A stretch of DNA of 64,000 nucleotides, from the NCBI GenBank assembly GCA_024654535.1, contig JANLHL010000038.1, positions 41,581 to 105,580 on the forward strand, in the 5' to 3' direction. Numbering within the stretch: the stretch's first letter is position 1; every line of letters begins with the position of its first letter. This document shows positions 1-8,950 of the stretch, one piece after another. The notes beneath the pieces are model-generated. The model worked only from the letters and a program-made list of their open reading frames with translations, made no database searches and was not told where the DNA came from. This DNA comes from Candidatus Roizmanbacteria bacterium. Its GTDB lineage: Bacteria; Patescibacteriota; Microgenomatia; UBA1406. A program made the translations under genes and the position numbers.

Positions 1-1556
1 CATGGCGCTCAGCTGAGCCAGGTTTAGTTTTTATGGAACGTTATAACAAATGGAATAATAACTGGTATTGGAATCGTATTAACTGTGTCAATCCTTGTGG
101 AGAAGAGGGTTTACCACCATGGGGTGTGTGTAATCTGGGTTCTATAAACGTTGCGGCATTTGTGCGTCAAGAAGATGGTTTCCGAAAGCCAGGAACGTTT
201 GATTTTGAAAAGTTGAAAGAAACGGTGCGTATTGGTGTCCGTTTTCAAGACGACGTGATAGATGCAGATAAATACATTTTTGATGGTATTCGCAAAATGC
301 AGCTCGGAGGGGAAAGGCGAATAGGATTGGGGACTATGGGATTAGGAGACGCGCTTATCAAGATGCATTTGCGTTACGGTTCTGAAGAATCGCTCGTATT
401 TATAGAAAAGGTATACAAGACGATTCGAGATGAGGCCTTTGATGAGTCTGCAAATATTGCAAAAGAAAAGGGTGCGTTTCCAAAATTTGACAAGAAATTG
501 TATGTGAAAGGCAAGTTCATAAAAGAACTTCCGAAACAGATACGAGATAAAATTGCAAAGTATGGCGTACGAAACTCAATCATACTTATGCAGGCGCCGA
601 CAGGTTCGACATCTCTTATGGTCGGTGTTACTTCTGGGATTGAGCCGGTGTATGAATTTGAATTTACAAGGCGCGACAGGCTCGGTGAGCATACTATCCG
701 CCATCCTCTCTATGAAGCGTGGTTGCAAGATCAAGGAATAGTAAACGGCGCAGCAAAAAATGCTATCAAACCAGACTTTTTTGTTACTGCAAACGATCTA
801 ACACCAGAAGATCATGTAAAAGTACAAGCGGCTATTCAGAAATATGTCGACGCGTCTATTTCAAAAACGATTAATGCTCCCAATCATCACACAGTAGAGG
901 AAGTACGCAAAGCCTATATGATGGCGTACGATTTGGGTTTGAAGGGAGTCACGTATATGCGCGACGGCTCACGACCTGGAGTGCTTGAGCGTATTAAAGA
1001 AGAGAAAAAAGAAGAAGTGAAAGCTCCTGTCTATAAAGTAAAACCACGACCCATGTTGGTGAACGGATCGACCTATAAGATAGATACCCCAGTGGGTACC
1101 GCATTTATTACCGTGAATGCGGATCAAACCGGTGACCCATTTGAGCTTTTTATCAACATCGGGAAGGCAGGGAGTGACGTGGGCGCTATGGCAGAAGGCT
1201 TAGGGAGGATGATAACCCTCGTGCTTCGCATGAACGCAACACTAACGGGTAAGGAAAAACTTGAAAGGGTTATTGAACAACTTGAAAGCATCGGTGGTGC
1301 AAAAACGCTTGGTTTTGGAGATTCAAAGATACGAAGCCTGCCAGACGCTGTTGCGAAAGTGTTAATTCGGCACTTTGCGACACAGGCTGTGCAAGAAGCG
1401 GTAGGTGAACCAGTACAAATTGCAGCGCCCGTAGTTGCTGAACCTTCGGAGCGCAAGTCGAATTTTGACATTTGCCCGAAATGTGGCGACGTGTCATTTG
1501 CATACGAGGAGGGGTGCAAAAAATGCTACTCTTGTGCGTATAGCGAATGCGGATAG
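1..1556 (+). CDS. nrdJ: Class II (adenosylcobalamin-dependent) ribonucleotide reductase, 5'-truncated, with C-terminal TSCPD-like domain and Zn ribbon
   Basis: Frame is open from the window start (WRSAEPGLVF). Motifs NPCGE, CNLGSIN, RRIGLGTMG, APTGS, SGIEP, SISKTIN, KGVTYMRDGSR; C-terminal CPKC...CKKCYSC. Confidence 0.93.
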   Translation, partial: WRSAEPGLVFMERYNKWNNNWYWNRINCVNPCGEEGLPPWGVCNLGSINVAAFVRQEDGFRKPGTFDFEKLKETVRIGVRFQDDVIDADKYIFDGIRKMQLGGERRIGLGTMGLGDALIKMHLRYGSEESLVFIEKVYKTIRDEAFDESANIAKEKGAFPKFDKKLYVKGKFIKELPKQIRDKIAKYGVRNSIILMQAPTGSTSLMVGVTSGIEPVYEFEFTRRDRLGEHTIRHPLYEAWLQDQGIVNGAAKNAIKPDFFVTANDLTPEDHVKVQAAIQKYVDASISKTINAPNHHTVEEVRKAYMMAYDLGLKGVTYMRDGSRPGVLERIKEEKKEEVKAPVYKVKPRPMLVNGSTYKIDTPVGTAFITVNADQTGDPFELFINIGKAGSDVGAMAEGLGRMITLVLRMNATLTGKEKLERVIEQLESIGGAKTLGFGDSKIRSLPDAVAKVLIRHFATQAVQEAVGEPVQIAAPVVAEPSERKSNFDICPKCGDVSFAYEEGCKKCYSCAYSECG

Positions 1557-1695
1557 CTAGACAGTGCTAGATTTACAGGAATATAAAAAAAGGTACATAA
1601 GTCTAGTTGAAAAAAGCAATATCACTAGAATACTGTTGTAATAAGTGATTTTAGACTGTCTTGATAGCTCAGGCTAGTTGATGGTGGAGGATTTA

Positions 1696-2151
1696 TTATA
1701 ATTCTTTTTCTAAATCAACCACCCGATCTTCGGTTCCATTATAAATACCATCTACATACGATTTCTTTCCATCGTGATAATAGCCCAATTTTTCATAAAG
1801 CTTTTTTGCTTGAAAATTAAGTTTTGGATTCACTGCCAAGCCAATTTTAGAAAAACCACTCTCTTTCACTCTTTTTTCACATTCCTTGATAAGTAAAGTA
1901 CCAAATTTTTTGCCCCGGTGGTTTTCAGCAATATATAAATCTTCTATATCGGGGTATTCTAGATGAGTTTCTTTTCCCTGCCATCTTAGTAGGACAAAGC
2001 CTACTGGTTTGTTTGTATGGAGTAATATTATAAAATCAACCAAACCCTTTTCCTGTAAATTAAATCTATCATAGATAACAACATCGCTTAAAGATGTCTT
2101 AATTTTCTTAATCGAAACAATGTCTTCTCTTGTAATATTTCTGATCAGCAT
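1696..2151 (-). CDS. GNAT family N-acetyltransferase
   Basis: Acetyl-CoA motif LYIAENHRGKKFGTLLI and AKKLYEKLGY. Confidence 0.9.
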   Translation of the reverse strand: MLIRNITREDIVSIKKIKTSLSDVVIYDRFNLQEKGLVDFIILLHTNKPVGFVLLRWQGKETHLEYPDIEDLYIAENHRGKKFGTLLIKECEKRVKESGFSKIGLAVNPKLNFQAKKLYEKLGYYHDGKKSYVDGIYNGTEDRVVDLEKEL

Positions 2152-2280
2152 GTATGTATAGTATACAAAGAAGTCCGAATCGTATTTTCAGTGAAAGTAG
2201 TATCTATATTTTGATCTTGCTAAAAAACTGGTCCAGGCTGAAATAAGATGTTAGAACTTTTTATGCTCCGTTTGGTATCA

Positions 2281-2748
2281 TTAATGGCTTTTCGCAGTTT
2301 TCTCTAATACTTCATTTATTAAAAAAACCTCATTAGTTCGAAGGAGGGGAAGCTTATCTTGAGAATAAAAGCCATATTCCGATACTTCATGGGTGGGGAT
2401 GAAATCGCCCCCGATTAATATGCCTGTATAGCAAAGATCAATACGAGCTGTTTCTCGGTCAGTACGTGCCCTGAGTGATTCATCTACACTAACTACCAAT
2501 CCAGATTCTTCTTTTATTTCTCTCTCAAGAGCCTCTCGGGGATGCTCACCAGATTTTAAATATCCACCTGGCAAGCTCCACGAATGTGTTCGGTAGATAT
2601 GCTTAAATAGAAGAACTTCTTTTTTTTCATTCAAAATAATACCGGTAACACCAACAAGGAATTGATCTTGAAAGATACGCATCGCAAATAGCTGAGTATT
2701 TTTAGGAAGGTGTAAGGCTTTCCACAATTTAGCTAATAGAGTTTTCAT
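2281..2748 (-). CDS. NUDIX hydrolase
   Basis: Nudix box LPGGYLKSGEHPREALEREIKEESGL. Confidence 0.93.
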   Translation of the reverse strand: MKTLLAKLWKALHLPKNTQLFAMRIFQDQFLVGVTGIILNEKKEVLLFKHIYRTHSWSLPGGYLKSGEHPREALEREIKEESGLVVSVDESLRARTDRETARIDLCYTGILIGGDFIPTHEVSEYGFYSQDKLPLLRTNEVFLINEVLEKTAKSH

Positions 2749-3089
2749 AATGCATTTCTGTCACTCGATACCAAGCCAGAGTCTTTTCCTAACTTTTCAT
2801 TTTTTATTTCAAGTTGATGAACTCTCTTTGTTAGTTCAAGTACTTCTGCTTTATTTTTTCTGATCTCACCATCCTTACCACGAAGCACAAACGAGTTTGA
2901 AATAGAATTAACAAGGTAAGCTAGATAGGATAGAACCAAACCGATAAGTAATGAACCGATTATGACATAAAAAAGTGGGATTGTATTGAGTACGTAAAAT
3001 CCCAGATTAACTGAAACTGGCTGAAAATTAAATCTAGAAATATAAACAAGCATCGATCCCACTACTAAAGAAAAAATAAGTACTAACAT
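2745..3089 (-). CDS. LapA/DUF1049-like membrane protein
   Basis: TM, N..PVSVNLG..IPL, second TM, then a coiled-coil tail. Confidence 0.65.
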   Translation of the reverse strand: MLVLIFSLVVGSMLVYISRFNFQPVSVNLGFYVLNTIPLFYVIIGSLLIGLVLSYLAYLVNSISNSFVLRGKDGEIRKNKAEVLELTKRVHQLEIKNEKLGKDSGLVSSDRNAL

Positions 3090-3122
3090 ATGGTTATTTA
3101 ATTTATTTAATCTAAGTCCTTT

Positions 3123-3266
3123 TTATCTCAATATTCCAAGTGCGATAACTCCTGTAAGAATAAGATATCCCGCAATTAAATAATTAAGAAATCTAGGAAA
3201 TATAAGAATCAATAAGCCAAATATAATTGAAGTAAATGGGGTTAAGTTTGAAAATGAAATACTCAT
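3123..3266 (-). CDS. DUF3096-like small membrane protein
   Basis: GLLILIFPRFLNYLIAGYLILTG signature. Start moved to MSISF at 3266 to avoid overlap with the upstream gene. Confidence 0.75.
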   Translation of the reverse strand: MSISFSNLTPFTSIIFGLLILIFPRFLNYLIAGYLILTGVIALGILR

Positions 3267-3270
3267 ATAT

Positions 3271-3522
3271 TTATTTATTTCGGGCCATTCGGCCAATGTA
3301 GATAACGACAACAGCTCCTATAACTGCAACGATGAAGCTATAAAGGTTGAAACCTGTTACTCCAGATTGTCCGAACAGATTCATAATAAACCCTCCAACC
3401 ACGGAACCTATTATCCCCATGATTATGTCAGAGACTGTCCCTTGTCCTGAATTAGTCTTCATAATTATCGATGCAATCCATCCTGCTAAAGCCCCAAAAA
3501 TGATCCAAAGTAGTATCCCCAT
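3271..3522 (-). CDS. GlsB/YeaQ/YmgE (transglycosylase-associated) stress membrane protein
   Basis: MGILLWIIFGALAGWIAS...GIIGSVVGG...SFIVAVIGAVVV. Confidence 0.92.
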   Translation of the reverse strand: MGILLWIIFGALAGWIASIIMKTNSGQGTVSDIIMGIIGSVVGGFIMNLFGQSGVTGFNLYSFIVAVIGAVVVIYIGRMARNK

Positions 3523-3552
3523 ATTTAGATATATTTAATTATTAATATTTTC

Positions 3553-3765
3553 TTATTTTGTCTGTTGAACATTTACGTCTATCTTATTCGGTACAACTAC
3601 CTGAGGGGTAGGAACGTTTATTTGGAATACCCCCATTCGTTTTATTGCAGGAATACCAAAAAATATCAATATTCCGATAAAACCTAAAACTATGAATGCA
3701 CCTATCAAAAAATTTGTTCCTCCCGAATCAGTTGCTGGCGTTGTGCTGTTTACTATAGTGGTCAT
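3553..3765 (-). CDS. Small single-TM hypothetical protein
   Basis: One hydrophobic helix, a QINVP..IDVNV tail, and operonic position. Confidence 0.7.
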   Translation of the reverse strand: MTTIVNSTTPATDSGGTNFLIGAFIVLGFIGILIFFGIPAIKRMGVFQINVPTPQVVVPNKIDVNVQQTK

Positions 3766-4103
3766 AATGATTTAATTGCGTTATTAACTTCTTTGGTTGT
3801 TTTATCAAGTGAATTTTTTGCTGAAGCGACTACTTTTTTTACTTTCAACTTGTCAGCCGAAATTCTTTGCCCAAGTATTTTTTTCTCTACCTCCATTTTT
3901 TTTTGTGTTTTATCAACATACTTTTTTACATTACCTTTTACGGTAGATGCAATTTTTACAATTTTCTCTCTATTTATTTCATCAGAAAGTACTACTCCAG
4001 CAACAGCAATTCCAGCTCCTATAGCCGCTCCTGCGACGGCAACTGCCACTGGATTGGCTTTTCCTTTCACTTCACTTTGCTTACCCATCTTTTGATCACT
4101 CAT
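3762..4103 (-). CDS. YtxH-like general stress protein
   Basis: GAAIGAGIAVAG hydrophobic segment followed by a Lys-rich helical region. Confidence 0.55.
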   Translation of the reverse strand: MSDQKMGKQSEVKGKANPVAVAVAGAAIGAGIAVAGVVLSDEINREKIVKIASTVKGNVKKYVDKTQKKMEVEKKILGQRISADKLKVKKVVASAKNSLDKTTKEVNNAIKSL

Positions 4104-4137
4104 ATTGTTTATTAATTAATTTGTAAATATATAACCC

Positions 4138-4575
4138 TTATTCTGTTTCTATATCTTTTGGCGTGATTGGGTAAATAATCTCAAGTAGATATACTAATCC
4201 CCACGCAACACAGAGATACACTATCACGGCAATTATTGTTGACCATTCAATCATCGAACTTCCTTGTATAGACAATCCTAAAATACCATTGAAAGGGGCC
4301 GCAAGCGGAGAAGTGATTGAATAAATCAAATTGGTAAACCCGACAGAAGGATTAGCCCCCAACATTTTTAATGCCAGTCTAAAGAGTAGCAATACTTCAA
4401 TAAACCCTAAGATATACCAAATAATTTGATTGAATCGCAAAATAGTTTTCTTCTTTTCGAAGACGACTTGAGGAGTTTCGCCTCTTACGCTTGGCTCAAC
4501 CTGTTTCGTTGTTTTTCTTACTACCTGAGTTGGATTTTGATTTTCAACTATCGTTACTTCTTCTTGTGTTGTCAT
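4138..4575 (-). CDS. YggT-like membrane protein
   Basis: IEVLLLFRLALKMLGANP..FTNLIYSITSPLAAPFNGI. Confidence 0.75.
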   Translation of the reverse strand: MTTQEEVTIVENQNPTQVVRKTTKQVEPSVRGETPQVVFEKKKTILRFNQIIWYILGFIEVLLLFRLALKMLGANPSVGFTNLIYSITSPLAAPFNGILGLSIQGSSMIEWSTIIAVIVYLCVAWGLVYLLEIIYPITPKDIETE

Positions 4576-4651
4576 AGCGTTAGTATATGTCGACTTAACA
4601 AGTTAATCTGTAACGTAAAAGACGACTAGCTATTAAGAGAGATTAAACTGC

Positions 4652-4673
4652 GAGTGTGAGCGAGATTACACTC
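4652..4673. promoter_or_regulatory. Crp/Fnr-type operator
   Basis: GAG-TGTGA-GCGAGA-TTACA-CTC: one mismatch to TGTGA-N6-TCACA with palindromic flanks. Lies between the crp-like gene and the stress operon. Confidence 0.7.
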
Positions 4674-4680
4674 TTGCGTC

Positions 4681-5322
4681 CTAAGCGATTAATTCGAGTT
4701 CAAGATCCTTGATATTTTTAAATATCATTGAACGATCAACATACTTAACAAGCCCTTTTTTTTCCAATCGACCCATTTCAATACTTGCCGTTTCCCGAGC
4801 GATACCAACTAACGTTGCAACATCTTGTTGGGTAAAACGATGGTTAACAATCGTACCTTGTCCATTTTCCATTCCAAAATGTTTAGCTATATATAAAAGT
4901 ACAGAAATGACTCTTCGGTATGCATCACTAAAAACAAGATGCTCGATCCTCGATAATATCTCAGCATAATCTCCTAAGAGTTTACTCATGAGTTCAAGAA
5001 TGATCGCTGGTTTATCTTCAATAAAAGAGACCACCTGTTCTTTTGGTGCACGTCCTACCTCAACTGATGTTAAGGCTTCATAAAAATATATGTTTGGGGC
5101 ACCATTAATTGCCCAGATAAGAGGAAAGTAGGTAATAGGCTTGAGAATTTGAAGGGTCAATTCAATCCCGGTTTTGGAAATGGTATATTGTCGCACATAT
5201 CCTTTTGTTAAACAAAAAATGCCTTGAGGATTGTCGTCGGCACGAATAAGATTTTCGCCCTTCTTGTATACACGGGTAGAGAACTGCTTATAAAAAACTT
5301 CGAATTCCTTCGTCTTATCCAT
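4681..5322 (-). CDS. Crp/Fnr family transcriptional regulator
   Basis: cNMP-binding-like N domain (KKGENLI..GIFCLTKGYVR) and HTH FTQQDVATLVGIARETAS. Confidence 0.93.
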   Translation of the reverse strand: MDKTKEFEVFYKQFSTRVYKKGENLIRADDNPQGIFCLTKGYVRQYTISKTGIELTLQILKPITYFPLIWAINGAPNIYFYEALTSVEVGRAPKEQVVSFIEDKPAIILELMSKLLGDYAEILSRIEHLVFSDAYRRVISVLLYIAKHFGMENGQGTIVNHRFTQQDVATLVGIARETASIEMGRLEKKGLVKYVDRSMIFKNIKDLELELIA

Positions 5323-5433
5323 ATTTACTAATATATGATGCTAATAGCTATATTATACACCATAAACAGCTTCGAATCTTTAAGCAAAGCTGTGAAGAGT
5401 TAAAGGAGCGTTTTCGTGATTCACCTATCCCTA

Positions 5434-5463
5434 GTTTAGGCGAGTGGACGATGTTAGAACCTT
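5434..5463 (+). repeat. Internal att-like half-site 1
   Basis: GTTTAGG-N12-GTTAGAACCTT, same spacing as 2231-2260. Confidence 0.6.
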
Positions 5464-5518
5464 ATAATTTTATTATATATTTAACTTGAGCTTGCACCTC
5501 AATGCTATTCGGTGCTAG

Positions 5519-5537
5519 CACTGAGCTTGTCGAAGTG
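5519..5537. repeat. REP-like short element CACTGAGCTTGTCGAAGTG
   Basis: Sits inside the inverted repeat CCTCAATGCT (5497-5506) / AGCAATTGAGG (5543-5553). A degenerate reverse copy CACTTTGATAAACTCA starts at 21991. Confidence 0.5.
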
Positions 5538-5574
5538 TTCAGAGCAATTGAGGGCGTTAGAACCTTTTATGCTC
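5537..5574 (+). repeat. Internal att-like half-site 2
   Basis: GTTCAGA-N12-GTTAGAACCTTTTATGCTC; the last 19 nt match 2250-2268 at 18 of 19 positions. Confidence 0.7.
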
Positions 5575-5627
5575 AAATTTAGTATGGTAAATGAGAATTA
5601 TTCATTCCAGTATATAAATACGGCAAC

Positions 5628-6389
5628 TTACCTAAGTAAAGAAGGGAGAATTGTAAGCAGAAAAATATCAGCAGTAAAATGAGCTATCATTGCCGATTCA
5701 AGTCCTTTTTTCCAAAACAGCCAGCCAAAAACTACCCCTCCAACTCCATTCAAAACAACTGCGCGGCTCACAACAAGGGGAGTTATTTTTGTTAAAGATG
5801 ATGTAATAGGGAGGTGTCCTAAACCAAAAATGATTGCAGCGAGAACAATAGAGATGAGAATAATCATTACTGATGGTTTTTTTTGTCTCAGCAGCTTCAT
5901 TCCGAGGAAGATAAAAAGTGTCATCATAAATAATCTCATTAGGACCTCTTCGGTAATCCCCCCATAAAAAGAAGCGAGTAGAGTTTGCCAAATAGGTGCA
6001 TAGTTTTGGTGAGTGGTAAGCCCCGCTCCAAGAATGGTAAAAAGAATATCTAAACCATAAATGGAAACGGCAACAGCTATTCCAAAAAAAATTGATTTTC
6101 CTGCGATATTTTTTAGAACGATCATATAATCTCCTTTTTTAACCATTAATTCAAGAAGTGGGAGTTGAAAATTGATTTTTTTTGTAAAAATCAATCCAAA
6201 AAATATTACTACGGAGAAAAGGATAATACTCTGAATAAATTGGGCAAGGAAAATAGTAGTAATCGGTACATCTATAGCATTCAATAATTCCGCTTGAACA
6301 GTAACAACGTATGGAAAGACACAAACTACACTCATAAGACTTAAGCTGAGTAAAACAAAAAAGATTTTCCAATTGATTATTTTTTTCAT
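5628..6389 (-). CDS. CPBP (CAAX protease/Abi) intramembrane glutamic endopeptidase
   Basis: EEVLMR, FGLGHL and AMIAHFTAD motifs; multi-TM. Confidence 0.92.
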   Translation of the reverse strand: MKKIINWKIFFVLLSLSLMSVVCVFPYVVTVQAELLNAIDVPITTIFLAQFIQSIILFSVVIFFGLIFTKKINFQLPLLELMVKKGDYMIVLKNIAGKSIFFGIAVAVSIYGLDILFTILGAGLTTHQNYAPIWQTLLASFYGGITEEVLMRLFMMTLFIFLGMKLLRQKKPSVMIILISIVLAAIIFGLGHLPITSSLTKITPLVVSRAVVLNGVGGVVFGWLFWKKGLESAMIAHFTADIFLLTILPSLLR

Positions 6390-6415
6390 ATATTGCTATT
6401 TATTCATAAAAAACT

Positions 6416-7216
6416 CTAAGAACTCGTATCTTTAATATGAATGTTATTTAGGTGACCAATTCCAACAACAATCATAAGAAAAGAGAATAGAAAGGACATA
6501 ATCATAGAGCCCACATTTATAGTCTGCCCATAAAATGGCTTGGCAATTTCCCCCAGACCCAAAGGAAAGATAACAAAAAACCCAACTATAAAAACAGCGG
6601 GCAAAAATAGTATTCCAACAATATTCTTTCGCAAACTCAAGATGGATGTAATAAAAAAAGCCGGCATAACAAAACAAAGATCTAAGAGATAAATCGAGTA
6701 GAGATATTCAATTCTATTTCTATCCCTCATGAGGGGAATAAGTGCTGATATCCAAAGAAATGTAAAAAGTGAAGCGATTAATATTCCAATAACCGCTGAC
6801 AAAGTGACAAGTTTGTTTGAATATTTTAATTTACCCAAAAAATCACTTTTTACACGCATCAAGCTATATAATATACTCCAGAATGATGATGCAAAAATTG
6901 CGCAATATAATATGTATAAAAAGTTGTACACACGTTCAATAGTAAATATTCCATAAAGATAGAAAAACGACCCCATAATTCCGAAGATGAAGATTTGTGT
7001 TTTTAATGAATTTTCTTTTGTTTTTATAATGAGATAAAACAAAAATATGCATAGTATCATAGTTAGTACATCTTGAGGTAGAGCGCCAGGGATAAATTCT
7101 TTAGCAAATACTCCATCGTATATGTGAGGAGCAGCAATTCCAATACTAGCAGCAATAAATGTTAATCCTGTTGTGATACTCCAGAGAATTTTATTTGTGC
7201 TTAGATTGCTAAACAT
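6416..7216 (-). CDS. Polytopic membrane protein of unknown function
   Basis: 266 aa with about 7-8 hydrophobic segments; TATAAT 7 nt before the ATG. Confidence 0.8.
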   Translation of the reverse strand: MFSNLSTNKILWSITTGLTFIAASIGIAAPHIYDGVFAKEFIPGALPQDVLTMILCIFLFYLIIKTKENSLKTQIFIFGIMGSFFYLYGIFTIERVYNFLYILYCAIFASSFWSILYSLMRVKSDFLGKLKYSNKLVTLSAVIGILIASLFTFLWISALIPLMRDRNRIEYLYSIYLLDLCFVMPAFFITSILSLRKNIVGILFLPAVFIVGFFVIFPLGLGEIAKPFYGQTINVGSMIMSFLFSFLMIVVGIGHLNNIHIKDTSS

Positions 7217-7257
7217 AATTTCTATTATATCAAGAAGGTTCTAACGTAGATTACGAG

Positions 7258-7341
7258 TCCAGGGGGGAGGATTCGAACCTCCGTAGGGAAATTCCCGACA
7301 GATTTACAGTCTGTTCCGATTGGCCGCTCCGGCACCCCTGG
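7258..7341 (-). tRNA. tRNA-Tyr(GTA) with C1-G72 and a long variable arm
   Basis: Acceptor stem CCAGGGG/CCCCTGG-A, anticodon arm ACAGA-CTGTAAA-TCTGT, T arm GGAGG-TTCGAAT-CCTCC. CCA is not encoded. Confidence 0.96.
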
Positions 7342-7480
7342 ATTAGTGTTATTATAACAAACCGAACGAGGCTTTCACCACTCATACTTTCAAGCAGTTT
7401 TAACTTTTATAATATAAATTGCCGTATAATTGCAGCATGTGTAACTATGCGCTAAAGAATTATGAATGCTTACATACAAA

Positions 7481-8137
7481 ATGAAATTACTTTTAACGTC
7501 ATCGGGAATTACAAACAAATCGATAGAGAAGGCGCTCCGTGAGCTTTTGGATAAGTCTTTCAAAGAAGCTTGTGTTGTATTTGTTCCAACTGCAGCAAAT
7601 GGTGAAGCAGGAGATAAATCGTGGTTGGTGAACGATATGAATAATTTTAGAATATTGGGATTTAAATCGTTTGAAATTATAGATATTGCTGTTGTTCCTC
7701 AGAATATTTGGTTACCACGTTTTAAAAATGCAGATGTACTTGTTTTTGGTGGAGGCGACCAGAAGTATCTACTTACTCAAATGCGAGAATCAGGCTTAGA
7801 GAATGAGTTACAAACAATGCTTCAATCGAAAGTATACGTAGGTATAAGCGCAGGTAGTATGGTAACGGCGCAGAGCATTACGCTTTCTTATACAAATATA
7901 TTGTATTATGAAAAAGAAGGGAGATTTGAAGATATTGATGGTTTAGGGTATGTGGATTTTGAGATACGTCCTCACCTTAACTCAAAGTGGTTTCCAAAAG
8001 TAAACATTCCCTATTTGAGTGATCTTGCCAAAAAACATAACCGGCCATTCTATGCTATAGACGACGCATCAGCTGTGGTAGTCGACAGAGAGAAAGTACG
8101 TGTTGTTTCAGAGGGTACGTGGAAGAAATTCAATTAA
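7481..8137 (+). CDS. Peptidase S51 (dipeptidase E-like, class I glutamine amidotransferase fold)
   Basis: MKLLLTSSG, FVPTAAN, VFGGGDQ, GISAGS, IRPHL. Confidence 0.88.
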   Translation: MKLLLTSSGITNKSIEKALRELLDKSFKEACVVFVPTAANGEAGDKSWLVNDMNNFRILGFKSFEIIDIAVVPQNIWLPRFKNADVLVFGGGDQKYLLTQMRESGLENELQTMLQSKVYVGISAGSMVTAQSITLSYTNILYYEKEGRFEDIDGLGYVDFEIRPHLNSKWFPKVNIPYLSDLAKKHNRPFYAIDDASAVVVDREKVRVVSEGTWKKFN

Positions 8138-8173
8138 GCTTTTTTTCAGAAATTATTCATATTATATATCCAT

Positions 8174-8950
8174 ATGAAAGAAACAAGGCTTCTGTGGGAT
8201 ATGCCAATCACTATTGAAATAGTAGACGAATCGGTAGATAAGAAGGCGTTCCAATCTGTGTTTGATTACTTTAAACATGTCGACACTTTGTTTAATACAT
8301 TCAATGCGTCAAGCGAAATTAGCAGAATTAATAGAGGTGAGATTCAAGAAGAAAAATGGAGCCAAGAGGTGAAAGAAGTCATAAAGCTTTGTGAACAAAC
8401 AAAACAGAATACTCGCGGATATTTCAATCATAGGAAGGGCACGTATATTGACCCTTTAGGTATTGTGAAGGGATGGGCCATGCAGCAAGCTGCTGATTCA
8501 TTAATAAAAAAGGGGTACAAGAATTTCTATATTGATGCGGGTGGCGATATCCAAACACAAGGGCGTACTGATTCTGGCGATTTGTGGTCAGTAGGTATAA
8601 GAAATCCATTCAACTGTGCTGAAAATGTGAAAATTCTTTCACTGACCGACTGTGGTATAGCCACGTCTGGTACGTATATTCGAGGAAACCACATATATAA
8701 CCCTTTGGACGACAGTACAATATTTGACATAGTAAGCCTCACTGTTATAGGTCCAAACGTGTATGAGGCAGATCGGTACGCAACCGCAGCATTTGCAATG
8801 GGGAAGAGGGGTATCTATTTTATTGAACAGTTAAGTGAATTTGAAGCATATGTAGTTGATAGTAAAAAGAATGCCACATATACAAGTGGATTTGAACAGT
8901 ACGTAAAAAAAACGAGCCACGCATCGTCTCGTATCAACCAAACAATATGA
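8174..8950 (+). CDS. apbE: FAD:protein FMN transferase (flavinyl transferase)
   Basis: DPLGIVKGWA, IDAGGDI, WSVGIRNP, IATSGTY, HIYNP, ADRYATAAF. Confidence 0.93.
   Translation: MKETRLLWDMPITIEIVDESVDKKAFQSVFDYFKHVDTLFNTFNASSEISRINRGEIQEEKWSQEVKEVIKLCEQTKQNTRGYFNHRKGTYIDPLGIVKGWAMQQAADSLIKKGYKNFYIDAGGDIQTQGRTDSGDLWSVGIRNPFNCAENVKILSLTDCGIATSGTYIRGNHIYNPLDDSTIFDIVSLTVIGPNVYEADRYATAAFAMGKRGIYFIEQLSEFEAYVVDSKKNATYTSGFEQYVKKTSHASSRINQTI

Larger units (their letters stand above)
2229..7263. mobile_element. Island/cassette array integrated in the tRNA-Tyr 3' end; no recombinase encoded
   Basis: Direct repeat GTCCAGG at 2231-2237 and 7257-7263. 2229-2237 read on the minus strand is CCTGGACCA, the tRNA-Tyr 3' end plus CCA. 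Inverted arms GTTAGAAC at 2250-2257 and GTTCTAAC at 7238-7245. Confidence 0.7.

Noticed and set aside
1667..1690. GCTCAGGCTAGTTGATGGTG as a further att site making the GNAT gene a cassette
   Set aside because: It resembles the core but lacks the distal TTAGAAC motif; too weak to call.
5628..6389. CPBP/Abi protein as an anti-phage defence system
   Set aside because: The Abi label of this family is historical, and no defence partner genes are adjacent.
2250..7245. GTTAGAAC repeats read as a CRISPR array or integron attC sites
   Set aside because: Spacing is irregular, there is no cas or intI gene, and there is no RYYYAAC...GTTRRRY attC hairpin after each gene. The geometry fits serine-integrase att sites better.
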